Below, piece after piece: positions 1-14,300 of a DNA stretch of 64,000 bases; the stretch's first letter is position 1; the number at the start of each line of letters is the position of its first letter. The stretch is from Ophelia neglecta (taxonomy: Eukaryota). The stretch lies in NCBI GenBank assembly GCA_965285935.1, contig OZ260665.1, forward strand, positions 14,384,001 to 14,448,000, written 5' to 3'. The translations under genes were made by a program, and so were the position numbers. A model generated the notes under the pieces. The model did not search any database and was not told where the DNA came from. It worked only from the letters and a program-made list of their open reading frames with translations.

Positions 1-957
1 AGCAGTCAACAAAAAGCCACGTACACACGACGTAGAGCAAGGGTGATTGTGTGGCTGATTCTGTGAGTGTTTTCTACTCCCGGTTATCTCAGGAAATTAG
101 ACACCAGACTGAAGAAATGTGCAAAATTCACATCAGATTGTAAACAGGGGAATAGAACGAGAACATACCCAAGGTATGTTCTTGTTATATACCTGTTTAA
201 TTAACAGTATTAGATATCTCTTCTGGGGCATTTCTGTAATAAAAGTCAATGCACTATGTGTTAGGTCAAGAAAGGTTATCCCACTCACTGAGATTGATGT
301 CGCACAAAGGCATATAATATGTTTTGCTTTTGCTGCGACAAGATTTTATTACACTTTATTATTAGACCACACGTGCAGAATGTAAACCCCAGCCTTGAAT
401 AAAATCAAACAGACAATTATAAGGGTTTATCCATTCAGCAGAATGTTTATATAACCGGGGAATAAAATAAACTACTACTACTAACACTATAACCAACGCA
501 TTATTAACCTCCTACTAGCATATAGCAACCTGCCAACATGTTTATATCTTTTGCCTGTGTGGCATAAACTGCGAGTTAGTGACGCACTGCAGAGATGGCT
601 CATCCCTGGGCAACATTCTTATGCAGATGGAACCAGCCAGTCTGGTTATGGTAACTTACTATGGTTAGGGCAAGGCATAGTTTTAGCAGTAGATTATACG
701 CTCAGTAGACGAAGACATAACCGTTTCCGACAGAAATATTTTTTAACATACACGTACTTCATACTGTATCTAAATTACTTGAAGACATATACAGCTTAAT
801 CTTATAGACATTCGTGAATCTTGTTGACTGGCTAACTGGAGTGAACCAGCCCGTATGCGGTGTATGCAGTGGTTGTTATAACACATTGTATGCAGTATTT
901 ACCATGGTGTAACTGGTTGTACAGTGTTAATCAGTCGTCGCAACCCTGACACTTTAC

Positions 958-2320
958 CCACCTGGGTGGAATCTTCTAAAGAGGCGCTCTTCGTCAGATC
1001 AGTGATAAAGTCAGGGGCGTTATCGTTAACATCAGTGATCTTGATGTTGACAACAGTAGTAGCAGTTCTTGATGGGGTCCCGCTGTCAGCACCGTGGACG
1101 GTCAGAGTGTAGAACTACAACAGAGAAAGACGCATGAACACTGACAACACCCAACATATTAATGCAGGACATTATTCCAGTGTCCTACAGCAGTCAGGAC
1201 GGCAAATGCTGGTATATCCATTGGATTTTGTGGCTAGCGAAATAGAAGTTGCTGCAGTAGGATTGATCTTTAGTTTGGTCAAGATCCAATGTGTACGCCC
1301 ACAATTGTGCTTTAATGTTGTTTTAGCAAATTAAGGAAGATGTATACAAATAATATGTATATATGTACCCATAGTTTAAAAATTCCTTATAATAACATAC
1401 CTAAAGAGGCACCAACATGTTATGGAAATACATTTTCGAAACATGACTTATAAAATTGGACAATGTCAAATTAAAGTTCACCATTAGACTTTTATATTTT
1501 AGTAATATTTATTTCTTTTTCTTGCCAGTTACTTTTCGGGTCCGTCTATGCCCGCATACTCCAGTTTTCATATCGTTTGCTTAGGCATTCCGCCATTGTT
1601 CATCTACGTTTTGTATTTTCTTAACTGTATTTAATTAGGATAAACTGGTTTATTTGCAATATGGTGCCTTACAAATCAATAAGTGGTCCCGGTGGAGAAT
1701 CATTCTGATGCAAAATAGACGTGATCGTTATTCAGGATTCGAAGAGGAATATTTATTTTACCTTACATACCTCTGATATGTTAACGCTTAAATGTAGGGC
1801 AGAGTAACCCAATTATATACAGTTGAGAAAGAACAAAATGTAGATGAACAATGTCGGAACGTCTTAGCATAATGATTTACTGATTTAGTAAAAGAAATAC
1901 CAAACGATATGGTTATTAGCTATATTCTAAATAGGTGTCACATTTCTTTTGCGATTTGTCAGCTTGACGCGCAATCTAAAAGGTTTTGGCGAAGTGCATT
2001 TAGCCTCTTGAAAAACCTAAATCAATTTTAGATATACACAAGCTCTATATATATGTTCTATTTTCGATAGAACTTGCCTCTGTTTCCTCCCTATCTACTG
2101 TTCCGCGCAGTCTCAGAGATCCAGTGAACTGCCCCAACGAAAACAAACCACCCATGTCGTCCAAAAGATTGTAGACGACAGTGTCCTGATCGGCGTCTGT
2201 GGCTTTTAATGTTAAAATATCAAGTGGAGGCATGGATGCTTCGCTCACTTCAACTGTGTTACTGGGGTTTGTGAATCGAGGACGATTCTGATTTGTCCTT
2301 ACAAAGGATATATCATAGTC
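958..2320 (-). CDS. Gene A: cadherin repeat and start of a second (exons 2078-2320, 958-1114)
   Basis: NQNRPRF...VEVSE...LKATDAD...VDREETE|FYTLTVHGADSGTP...ITDVNDNAPDF, the canonical cadherin Ca-binding motifs (DxD, DRE, DxNDNxPxF). Confidence 0.9.
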
Positions 2321-5300
2321 CTACAAAATAACATAGGCGGCATATTTAGTGAAATGCCCTTGCCACGAAGGATTCCTTCTATATACTCGGTTCAAGGCTT
2401 ATTGTTACTACCAATTAATATCTGGTCCGTACAAACTATTACAGTTTTATATCATTTGTATCATTTTGTATTATTTGAATTCAATTGTAGTCCTACAACA
2501 ACAAAACAACTGATGTTGGAATGTTGAACTGCTTACGATAATTAAGTTCTGTGGCAAATATTATCTTACATGTTCTCCTTCCGTCTCGAACAGGTCGAAT
2601 ATATGTAAATAATAATCCTTGTTAATTTCTGACACCCAACTGAAAGTAAACAGATTCCAAGAAGTCTATCATAATCTAAAAATGCAATGAAAAAAGCATC
2701 TCCATTACTGGTCGGATACTAAGTCATTAGAAGCTCAATTGAAATTAATCTAGTCATCCTGATTAGTGCGATTTATTGTTTTTTTTAAAAAAGGAAAATC
2801 TTGCTATTTAAGAACCATAAATATGTTGGATATTGGCATACACGTTAAATTCGGGGATGAGTTGTCGACCATCTTGCCTCAGGGCGCCCCCTACAGTCAG
2901 GGGTTGGTCTGTGTCGTATTTATAAAACATGTAGTTCCACCCTACTCGATGCTGCGTCACGAACGCCTATAATATAGATAATATAATATTAAACTTTTAA
3001 TAATATTTAATTTAAGTTTCATCGTAAGTCAATAGGTAAACCATGCAGTCGCTGCCAACATCGCAGATATTGGTAAAATTAGCAAACTTGATACCAAGTG
3101 GTACAAGGAACAACTTATTAAGTTGGTTTTTTCAAGTGAAGCCTATGAAATATAAAAACCAGGGGTGGCAAAGCGGGCCCGGTCTGCAACTGGGGTGATA
3201 TATCTCGAAGTATGCAACCCGTATATGCTCGGGAACTCAGAACATTGCTATCATGAATATAAACTTTACTATTGGAAAATCGAAATCATATCTATTGTCT
3301 AAAGACGTGAACTTCATTAATATGTATTTTCTTTTTGAAGACTATTATATCCAAATAGTAGCAACCATCAGATAGCTGCGATAACAGGCTTATTCTTCAT
3401 GTTGGTTTACTTACGGGGATACCCTTACCTTGATATATTGAGGTGTGCTTACCCTGATGTTTGTATACCTTACGGAATAAGCGGAGGTGATAGTGCTTAC
3501 CCTGATAGTGCTTACCCTGATGTTGGTAGTGCTTAGTGTCTCCAGCTTGGTAATATTACTGACACTAACGTTCAGAGGATCAAGGCCGCCGTCACTCAAA
3601 TAAACTCTGTTTGGAAGGCCCTGAAAACGACATATCCTGGTTATACTGGTTATATTAGAATCAAATTCATTAAACAGTATCCACTTCATTTTCACAAATG
3701 ATTGGACAACAAGTAATTACTTCAACCAGTATAGTTTATATGGACAGAAAATGATAATAGTTTTAAATTTCCCGTTTAAAATAATTAAAGCGCACGAATT
3801 AGTGTACGTGTTTACAACTCAAACGGAATCAATCCGGGTATATAAAGGGCATATCAAATTTGTTTGACTCCCTGAGTTTACGAGAAAAAAAACATATTCA
3901 AGATTGTCGCTTTATCCCATTATGATAATCAATTAAATAATGATGCTTCATTTTCATAAGGTTAATCCCAAATTATAGAAAATCTGTTCAAATGTTTTAA
4001 ACTATTGCTTTCTGGTTTTAATTAAGCTCTTGCAGTTGTTGCACCAAGTAATGTAAATCATTGTTTGAATAAAATCCAATTTGTATTGTCGTGCGCCTCT
4101 CCTTCTCTTAGTAGTAACCAGACACGATGCAGTCATTTCTCGTACCCAAATCTGGGTTACTGCGATGCCTTGCCCGACAGTTAGCTACGTAAGCGTATTT
4201 TTGAAATACTAGAAAACAATTTCGGGCTATGGATAATAGTTGCCTGAAATGGCTAGTAGTATATTCCTGTAAAACAGACTGCTTTTTGGGAATGGCAAAG
4301 GCCACAGGTCGTTAACAGTAACAATGTAGACTAGATGACAGTATGAAGAGCCTTGATGCAAGCCTAGCAAAAGGTTGACACTTTATAATATGTGAAATAC
4401 ATTCCGGAGTGGCAGCTTTTCTCAGAAATTAATTGATCGAAATGGTGATTTATTTTGTGTTGGTCGTTATGTTTGGTTTCAGTAACGAGAATAAGCCAAA
4501 CTCAATTACAAGTTTACATCCGATATCAAATTATATATATAAAATACATGTTAATGTTTACAGATTCCCATTTGATCTGGTATCCCTCACCAATGATAAT
4601 ATCAGAAATTGCTTGACCAAACCACCTATTATATTAGTATTTACGATATGCTGCAGTATTTTCCATACTACTTCATATACCGCATCAGAAAGGTGGGCCA
4701 TCGATATGGGCATATTTGAAATTTTTCAGACGTAACTATCACTGAACGAAAAATCATTGAGCGTTCATATATATTTAGTTTTGCGTCGAAATAATAATTC
4801 AAACACAAGACATCTTTTTTCTCAGGGTTAACGGTTTAACTACTTTCACTGGCCCTTGACTAGCCAGGTTTGTAATGTATGCATGTAAGAATACCTGAAG
4901 TCCTTGGGTGTCGATTGTCAGGAAGTCAGGCACTCCATCATCCCGAGGTTTGTCCACACGTACCACGTGTGACAGCTCGTGGAAGTTCACAGACTCCATT
5001 ATGGACAACTGATGATCTCCTTCATGGAACAGTAAAATGTATGTTATGGTCACGTGACTCAAACGTCATGCAATGTTCGATCAACGGAATTGTAACATGA
5101 ACGTATAGAATCGTGGAAATAAAAGAAGAACTTCTCTATTGCATTGATTAACAGGATCACATACATCTTCATTATTTGCATGGTGATAAATATGCACGCA
5201 AATAATGTGAGGTAGGATTGATGGAACCAAACCGAAATTAATGTATATAATGCTAGGACAAATCCATCAGCAACCGAATATAAAAATTCTGTTTTTCATT

Positions 5301-8300
5301 ACCGAGAGGATTGACATTTTCGAAAGAGGCTGAATAGTTAGAGAAAGTCCCTCGGAGTGATGACGTCATTAGCCAACGTGCCATCTTCGTAGTAAAAGGG
5401 TCAATGTCTCCGAAGTTGATTGTGAGTGAGGGTGATAATTGCTTAGATCCAAGCTGGGAGGATATCAGTTTGAAATTGATCAGGAGTCCTACAAGAGGAT
5501 AGTGAACAAGATGAACAAAGATAGAGCCGGCAAATACATTATTGTACCGAATATTATACACACATATACACCATTAATGTTAAGCCTAAACGAAATGCTG
5601 ACGTGTGGTTTGGAACCGTTATTAGCAACAGCATCAGTATTTACTTGGGCCAACAAATATGTATAATATTATTTACGAAATACGTTGGTATGCATTTTAA
5701 TTTTGTATATGCAACAAGTAAAACACTTATACACTGCCGTATGTGTGTGGACCATATTACGCATTACATAGTGCTAACGTAAATATAAAAATCTGCAGGA
5801 CCCCTGTAATAAAGAGAAGGCTGAAAGTCGAGGTCCATATATCTCAGCACCTGGCGGCTTGCAGACAGTCTCTGCTAGTAGCCGCTGCACATCTGTGGCG
5901 TGCTATTTAATACATCGTCATTTTAGACAGGAAGACATTAATACTGGCATGGTCTAACTTAGGATTACACACGACTTGTTATTATAGTCATTATTTAGAT
6001 AATATAGTGCAAAACACACTTTCCTTATAACCTACCCTTCTCATTTTCTACGATGGTCGGTTGCCCGGATGTGATTTTCAGTTGGTTGGCAGACCCATAT
6101 CCGGTGTTTGTTATGAGGATTCCAAGAGAAAACGGCACTGGCGGTTCTATATCTGAAACGTATATATTTAGCCATGTACCAGTGGATTATATGAATGCGA
6201 ATATATTCATTAGTTTGAACTTCGTTTTAACACATTTCAGATTGATCTGAAACGTATATATCAAGCCATGTACCAGTGGATTATATGAATGCGAATATAT
6301 TCATTAGTTTGAACTTCAGAACGAGTGCATATTGTAAGAATGTATACAAATGGATACAAACTCCATCAATATAATAAGAGGTAAACATGCGCATTTAAAT
6401 CGTAGCTACCGTCTGTGAATGGATTGTCTGATCGGACGTATTTCTCCAGAAAGTAGTTCAGATGCAATCGTGGATCTGGTTTGACAGTTACCTGTCAATA
6501 TAAAATATGGCGCGCCTTTATAAATGTTACTTTAAACTTAATAAGTAACATAATAAGTAATATTCTTATTGACGAATGATCAACCAGATACAGTGTTGGC
6601 GCATTTTTAAATGAAGCATTGGTCAGGATCTGTCTACATGCTCGAATTGCACTAATTAATATAACAGACTAATCACGTGAAATATAATAAATCGTTTTTA
6701 CCGTGTCGGGAAAAAGAGGGACGCTGATTTCATTTCCATCTACTGAGTAGAGTAGAGTCCCTCCGATGGCGTACTCCACGTCCTTGCTGGGAGCAGCCTC
6801 AGAGTAAGGTACGATAAGCCACACGGCTGTACCCTTCTCTTTGACCTCTAGCACGCCCGTGCCGTCCACTCCTGAAAGTCCTGTGAGCTTGGGATTTCCT
6901 GCAGATCAAACCAAAGCCTGTTATTTATTTAAACATATGTTATTTCCTTTAGGAAGGAAACGCATCATACATAATTCCTGAGATCTTTTCTTTCCGGTTA
7001 GCCAATAGTAAACTTAACATTTCTTCTTAGCAGTTTTTCTTTTCCACAGTATAATTGGGATCTACTTGTATTCCGTTAATCATAGAGTAAACACTAACTT
7101 TAGCTTAGACACATAAATCACAAATAGGCAAGATGTGTTTTGCATGCTACGACGAAAATATATTTGAATATCATTTTCTTTTCACCCGCTGAATGTCGAG
7201 GCTACCTCATAGGCAATGAAACCCAGTTTGTCGAGTTGCTTAACTTCCTCATAAATAACATTTTTGAGCACGTGGGTAGTGAGGTGTTTCTGCAAACTAT
7301 TGGTTTTCTAAATGGGTACCAACTGCCCTCATTTGATTGCAGTTTTGCATCTATTTACATACGAATATGATTTTATTACTAGTTTGCTGCCGGGTAGGAA
7401 ATTGCTCATAACTAGGAATGTTCTTCAATGAGTTATATAGATGATTTATTTTCATTTAATAACAAATTCTTCAGGCAATATGTTAGTGAAATTCACCATT
7501 TTTAGAACTCAAATGTAGATCGCATTCTAGCATTATTTTTGTTGTCCAGCGACGTTGGTTTTTAGTTTGACTCGTATCATGATAAATTGCTTTCAATTCG
7601 AAAGTGGTTACAAGTTTTGTTCAATTGTTCGTTCCTTTCAACAAATGGTTTGAGCATCATTGGATGATATTGGTATAAATGCATACCGGCTCGAACAACA
7701 TAATATATGGGTGAATAAATGACCTATTTCGTTTAAATTAAAAAAATACAAAGGCTATGCTGCCATATTATAGCAACAGCCTCTCGTTTGATCCGCCTTA
7801 GAACACAAACTATTAGACAGAAATGTATACACGAGGTAGCAATTACATGCCTTTGTAGCATTATTAGGATGCCTCGACAATGGACAGTTTTAAAACTTTG
7901 AGACGTGTCCGTTTGTATTATTAGTGGCCCGGCAAAAGTAAAGAAAACGATGTGCATATACTGTCCAAAACCAACCCTATTGAAAACTCATTGCTCAGCT
8001 GGCTGGGACCTATGTTTCGCGGACGGAGCACCTCGTAAACATATACAACTTATATTGAAGAGCCCGCTGTGGAAAGATATGATGCGTATCAATTGCAGTA
8101 AAAGTCCAACCTTCTTACCAATACTAAATTTCTCTGTGGCTATCTCTTTGGATTCTTCGTCTTTGATGTAGATCTCCACTTTGATGCCATCTAACCTTGA
8201 CGTATCGCCGTTATCGAGCTCCAATGTCGCCTCAAACGCTTCTCGAGTAATGACTAGGCGCTGTTTAATTTGTATCCGAACTTTTGCACATACACCTTCC

Positions 8301-11300
8301 TCCTTCTGAATGGCAAAATAGTATACTAAATAATAGTAGAAATGATTTCGTTTGCTTTGTAGTTTATGACCAAATGAGTACGATGCCTACCTAGTTCTAC
8401 TCTAACAAAAATCACTCACCAGTTCAGCACGGTTAAACTTATTGATAGCATCTCCCACCCAGTCTGCCGCTGAGGAAAAGCCATCCTATAAAAATAGATT
8501 CCTTTCGAAGTGAAAAGACAACCATTAACCAGCAAAATTCGCAAGTTTCATGCATTCCTTACGAAGCATAACTAGGAATAGGAAATAACTTTTGTTCCTA
8601 TTCGGCAAAGGACTTTATTTTCGAAAAGAAAGGGAAACTATCACACGGCAGAATAAACATTCGAATGGTACGAAATTATTACACTTGGTGCAATGATTCG
8701 CTAAATGTTTCTGCAAGCGAAAGATTTTTGTTTAATTTAAAAGGTTACTAGGCAAATAAGTCATGTCTTTAGATGTACTATCGGCCTAATTATGACTTAT
8801 CTAACCTGTTGGGCGCTTGCTTCCGCTATCTGGATCATCAAATTCAGCTTGGAGATTTCAGAATGACTGATAATGTCTGGCCCCTCTAGCACACCATTGT
8901 CCCAACTCCATTGTGTGCGGTTCAACCTTTATCAATAGCAAAGTATAAAGTATATTAATAACAGTAGAAATGACAGTAGAAATGATTTCGTTTCGCAATT
9001 TTTTAAGGCGCGCAGTAATGGCAGTATCGCAGTTGGTTTTGAAAATTCAAAGGAAATTAATAATCAAATTGTTATTTTATCAGTTAGTTCGAAACCTCGT
9101 GATAAAGGTTTCCACCATATCCTTATCAGTTCCGTTAGGGGCTGGATACTGAAGTATTGAGTTCATCTCTGATTGGCTGATATACACTCCGCCCTCACTG
9201 GCGTCTGATATGGTTGGTGTCACAGCGGCATTCCACCACTCCGGAGACTCAACCTCAGCCCTGACATAATGACAAAAGATATGAACGAGTCAGAATAAAA
9301 CTCCAATCTAACTCATTAGAGATACACAGGCCATTCTCGCTCACAGCTTTAGATTTGTCGGCCGAACAATCTAAGATACATTTAAGATACCAAGTTATCA
9401 TGACAGAACGTTTCGAACTATTCTTGCTGATTAATATTGTTGACACGCGATAAGGTGCATAACTACTGTGGCAAATTGCTTGTGTGTCCATGTTACAATT
9501 ACTCGCCCCCCCCCCCTTATTTCTTACCATCTAGAGTCGCCTGCTATCAGTAGGGCCTTGTGCAGGTAAACACTGGAGATAATAATCCGTTTTCTGACCT
9601 CGGGGACAAGGTCAGCCTGAGTCAGTTGTGTCTGACGCTTCCTTCGTTGTCCCGAGTTCAACTTATTCAAACAGTCGTTCAGTTTGATAAGGGAACAGAC
9701 CGGCCGCAATCTAGGTATGGGGTTTTCAGTTCGATTAGCAGCTTAGAGAGTCATAATTCATCAGTTGATAATTACATACATTTACGCTGTTTTTGGACAG
9801 TAGTTATTAGCCAGATTAAGAACATGGATGTCATTAGAGCCACTGACTAAGGAATATTCTATATTATGATATGTCTGGTTATCATTGATCGATGAAGGCG
9901 CCAACACCTTAAAAACTTTCAAGAAGCTGGCAAGCGTTATTATTTGGCTATGAGGCAAATCATACATTTGTCGATTTCATGTATGCAATAAGTGTACTTA
10001 AGATCATGCTGATTCAGGGATATAAAAAGAATTGATTAATAAATGTACCACAATCTAGTTTTCTATGTATTCCCCATTCTAGCCTGACTTAGCGGTTATG
10101 CAAGTTAAACTGATGGACAGAAAGTTAGAATAGAATAAAGTTTGAACCACGCCTTTGGACCCTAAACTCCAGCTTTCAATTCCATTTAAATGCCATGCTC
10201 CAACGCGTAATAAAAAGCTTATGGAGGCTTAACTAATTTTGGTTAAAAATAGCCAACGATAATCATTTTATTCTGGTGACATATGATATGTTTTGATATA
10301 AAACTAGTCCGACCTAGGACACAACTTACACGCAAACATGAGCGATTTCATTTCATACATTTCTTAGTTATGGCACTTACGGCAATATATAGGTAAGGGG
10401 GTCTTTGACATCTGGGACAAGACATTGCCAAACAGCACTCTCTGCACATTCCGTCTCATCAGGAACGAAACATTTCAGTACAGAGTGGACGCAACTAAAA
10501 AACGTAGAACGTCATATTGCTAATTCGTAAATAACAGATGAGTTAGCATTATCAAAGTAGTTATAAATTTCTACTAACTAATAATGTGATTATGTGCACT
10601 TTTTTATACTACAACACCTTAGATTACCCCTTATGACTTCTACATCAGCAAATATCGCAGCTTTATTTTCCCGCCGTTGCTTATTACGGCAATAATAATA
10701 CTTACCCAAAAATGGATGCTGGTGGAAAGAAACAGCCGACAATGCTCTCGGCAGCTCCCAACGGGTCATTGCTGCCGACCGACCCTGCCACTGGTACGAA
10801 ACACTTAAGCCCCGGGGGCAGACCAAGGGAGCCACAGCTCAACACGATTGGAAGGCAGTTTTCACATGTTATTGGCTGATCCACATGAACCTTTGGTCTC
10901 CAATTGGGACCTCCACAACAGCCTACAATATGTTTTAGTCAGATGACTATGAGTCTAGGCAAAGTACAGTTTCACTGTGATAAGATGTATATCACTGCCA
11001 ATCGTTAGAAGAAAAAAATATACAATGTTTCCTGTCCTTTAACTTACCTAAACAAAAATACCCTACCTCAAAATTCTTATTTACATTTCCTTCAATTTAT
11101 GAAACATTGTCTAATTTTGAGTCCTGACCGGAATAGTATGTCTCCCTTAACTGTAGCCACAGTCTTCAGTGACAAAGCACATTAAACACATGAAACACCG
11201 AACAATGGACACTATTCACCAAAAAATATATAGAAAACTTTTAACTGTATAAAGCTTAATGCACTATCATACTGTCTATGTCCGGCCCTCCATCACCGCC

Positions 11301-14300
11301 TCCATGTTGTTCCGGACGGACATCATGTGGCGTCACTTTACACGTCCGTTTTATAGCGTCGTAGATAGCGACATCCATTTCAACCGCCCTCTCTCTGTCG
11401 CACAGATAAGAAAACCCCGCGTACAGGGCAAGTGCCAGACATGGGAGGCTGAAATGAATGAAATATGACATATGCTATTTAGTCCAAACTATTTCCAGTG
11501 GATTAGGAAATACAATGTTGTTTGTTTCATATGAGCTGAGTACATACACTGACTAAACGCAGGTGGCGAATTGAACCCATTTGACTTCAGTTTCTATACA
11601 TCTAACTATACTAGAATTAAACCCATCCCATTGATCGGGTGGTGGAGTAATAGGTCTAACACTGCAAAAACGATAGTAATGTTTAGTTCTAATGTCATTT
11701 GATGTGAATATTTGATCAAAATAAGAGTTTACACACAAAGAACGTTTCCTGCGCCCAGGTTCAGTTCCTGTATGTTTAGCAATGTAAGCGTCCTTTTTAT
11801 TCTGGTCCAAGGTAACCAACACAGGGACGTGAATAGTCGAGTTAGCGGCCAAATCACCAATTGGATCGGGGTCCTTTAATCAACAAATGTATATATCAGA
11901 CAACTTTCGCCCTTTTAAATTGGCCACTGATATCTTGCGACTCTTCAGTTGAGTGTCCTTCTATAGTTGGACCATTAATTAATATTATCTTGACATCTGG
12001 TTTTGTATTGTTTGCTTATCCATTCGTGTTCTTTAACAAGTGTGTACTCCTACTCGACATTTTTCTTTTGAAGATATCTTAAAAAGGAAAGTTTTTAATC
12101 GATTGTTCCTACGGTAAAGTGAAAGTAGCAAGAAATAAAACAATATATTATCATTTGTATTTGTTTCTAAGTCGTTCATTAATCCATATGATTACTGACC
12201 ATTGAGAATGAAAGATACGGATGAGCTTCGTCGAGAGGCGGTTTCAAATACACGTTATTTGCTTTAATCAAGCCGTGATTGGTCAGTTTAAAATTAATGA
12301 TTGGCATCAAGCCTCTCTCGAGGACCGAGAGATCCACCTCCTTGGGATCTATGGTAACGACGGGGATGGGAACCTGTGTCTTAAAATCGGCTTCTATTGT
12401 CACATCATAACGATCCTCGAATATAACTGGCTTCACAGACCATCTGAAATAAATCATGCTTGTACTTTCAGTTCTTATTACTTTAATGAAAGCAATGTTA
12501 CTGTAATATCGATTTCGTTGTCATATGACTTAGACAGTTTTGCATGATTGGTAAAGTCTCAACACTGGCTAGGTTGATGTAGGAATTTAACGCTTGGACA
12601 ATGAATGATTTAATTTGCAACCTGTACGTCACAGCCGTCCTTTGCAGGAAGACAGTCACCCTGTTGGCCAGGGGCCGTGCGAACACCACCCTGCTGTCAC
12701 CCGTATGACGATCGGCAGAACTGTACAGGTTGTAGTAGTTCTCCGTGATGCCCTCAAACACAACGAAACCTGATTCATTGGAATATTAGATGAAATGAGA
12801 TTAGAATATACCTTACCATTACAACGGAAATAAGGGAACTAGACTGTGGTTGTTTAGTGTCCGTGAGCTCAGGATGTTTAAGAAAGTGCCGTAGTGTGTT
12901 CATAACTAAAGGGTAACATTAAACATTGTTCTATTTATGAACATATATATGTATATAATCCCATTATGTTAAAAGATCAAAAGTGATTAGCGTTAATTGG
13001 TGTGTTTGTTTTAATTGAGCCAGAAAAGCACTTAAACTTAAACCAGTCTTTCTATTTAACCTTTTTAATAATGTCATTCCATTGCTATATAGATTACAAG
13101 TCTTTATATATTACAACACTGTTATTTACACTCTTGGGTATAGCTTTGAGGTAGTATTTACCAAAGGTATGTTCACAGTACAAATTGGCAATTGGCACGT
13201 TCTTTGTCACATGATTCGCAATGTGCAAAAGTTTGAAAGATTCACCTTTCATCACGTTTAATATTCATGAATTATAATAAATGTTGCCTAAGTGCTTGCT
13301 TTCAGTCAATCATTACATTCAACATATTACGGTCGTCTGCTGTCATTTGTCTGTTGGTACGACTGTCGAGTATTCGATGCGAGGAGAGTGTATAGCCTAC
13401 CAGACGCATTGGTGACACGTTCCAAAGTTCCGCCACCAAAGGCGTTTTTAAGTTTGACTGTGGCGCCCTCTAGGAAGGGTTTGTCTTCGGCGAAGTATGT
13501 GTACTCGTCTTCTATGTACACAATGAGGTCTAGAACACTGGTCGAAGCTACCACAAATCTGGTACAAAAGTTAATGGGAAATATTTAAACAACTATACAA
13601 GGTAGAAGCTAATAATGCATCATATAAACCACGAAAATCGGCGCAATGGACCTTGCTCTCTTTGAACGAACTATTACAAAAAGGTATTATTTATGATAAA
13701 CAGACACTCAGTCTATGTTCCAATTGTCAACACAGTGTTGCTCACCGAACCGTTGCTATATTAACATACGTACACATAGTTTAGTGCGACCCACGTCTCA
13801 GCTGCTCGAATACCAATTCTGCCCGATAAGGATTCCAGTTGGCGTTTTGGGTCGGGGGTAAGCCCAAATACCAATTGGGCTGTATCACCGGGTTGGAGAA
13901 TGATATCTTCATCAACCTCTGATGTCACACCAAATGATATGACGGAGAACATAGGATCTGAAGGTAGCTCTACGTGAACCCCCGTGGCAGGCCGCTGACC
14001 GACATTCTGAACTTGGGCCTATATTGGAAAAAGCACTGATAAGTGGTACGACAAGTAGTATAGTTTAGTATAATGCAATTAGCATTGTTAATAATTGATT
14101 GTATACATAGCTGAGGGTTCCTGGTGTTTTGGACCCTTTGTTTCTGATCTCGTTCCTTTTAAATTAGTTGATTTTATGTTTTAAACAAGCTAGTTATAGA
14201 GACGGTGGTTGATAATGTGTGTATGACGTGCTTACACTGTAAACACTTACAGTGAATGTGCGAGAGGATCCCCTTAGAACAGTGCCTGATATCCGAGTCG

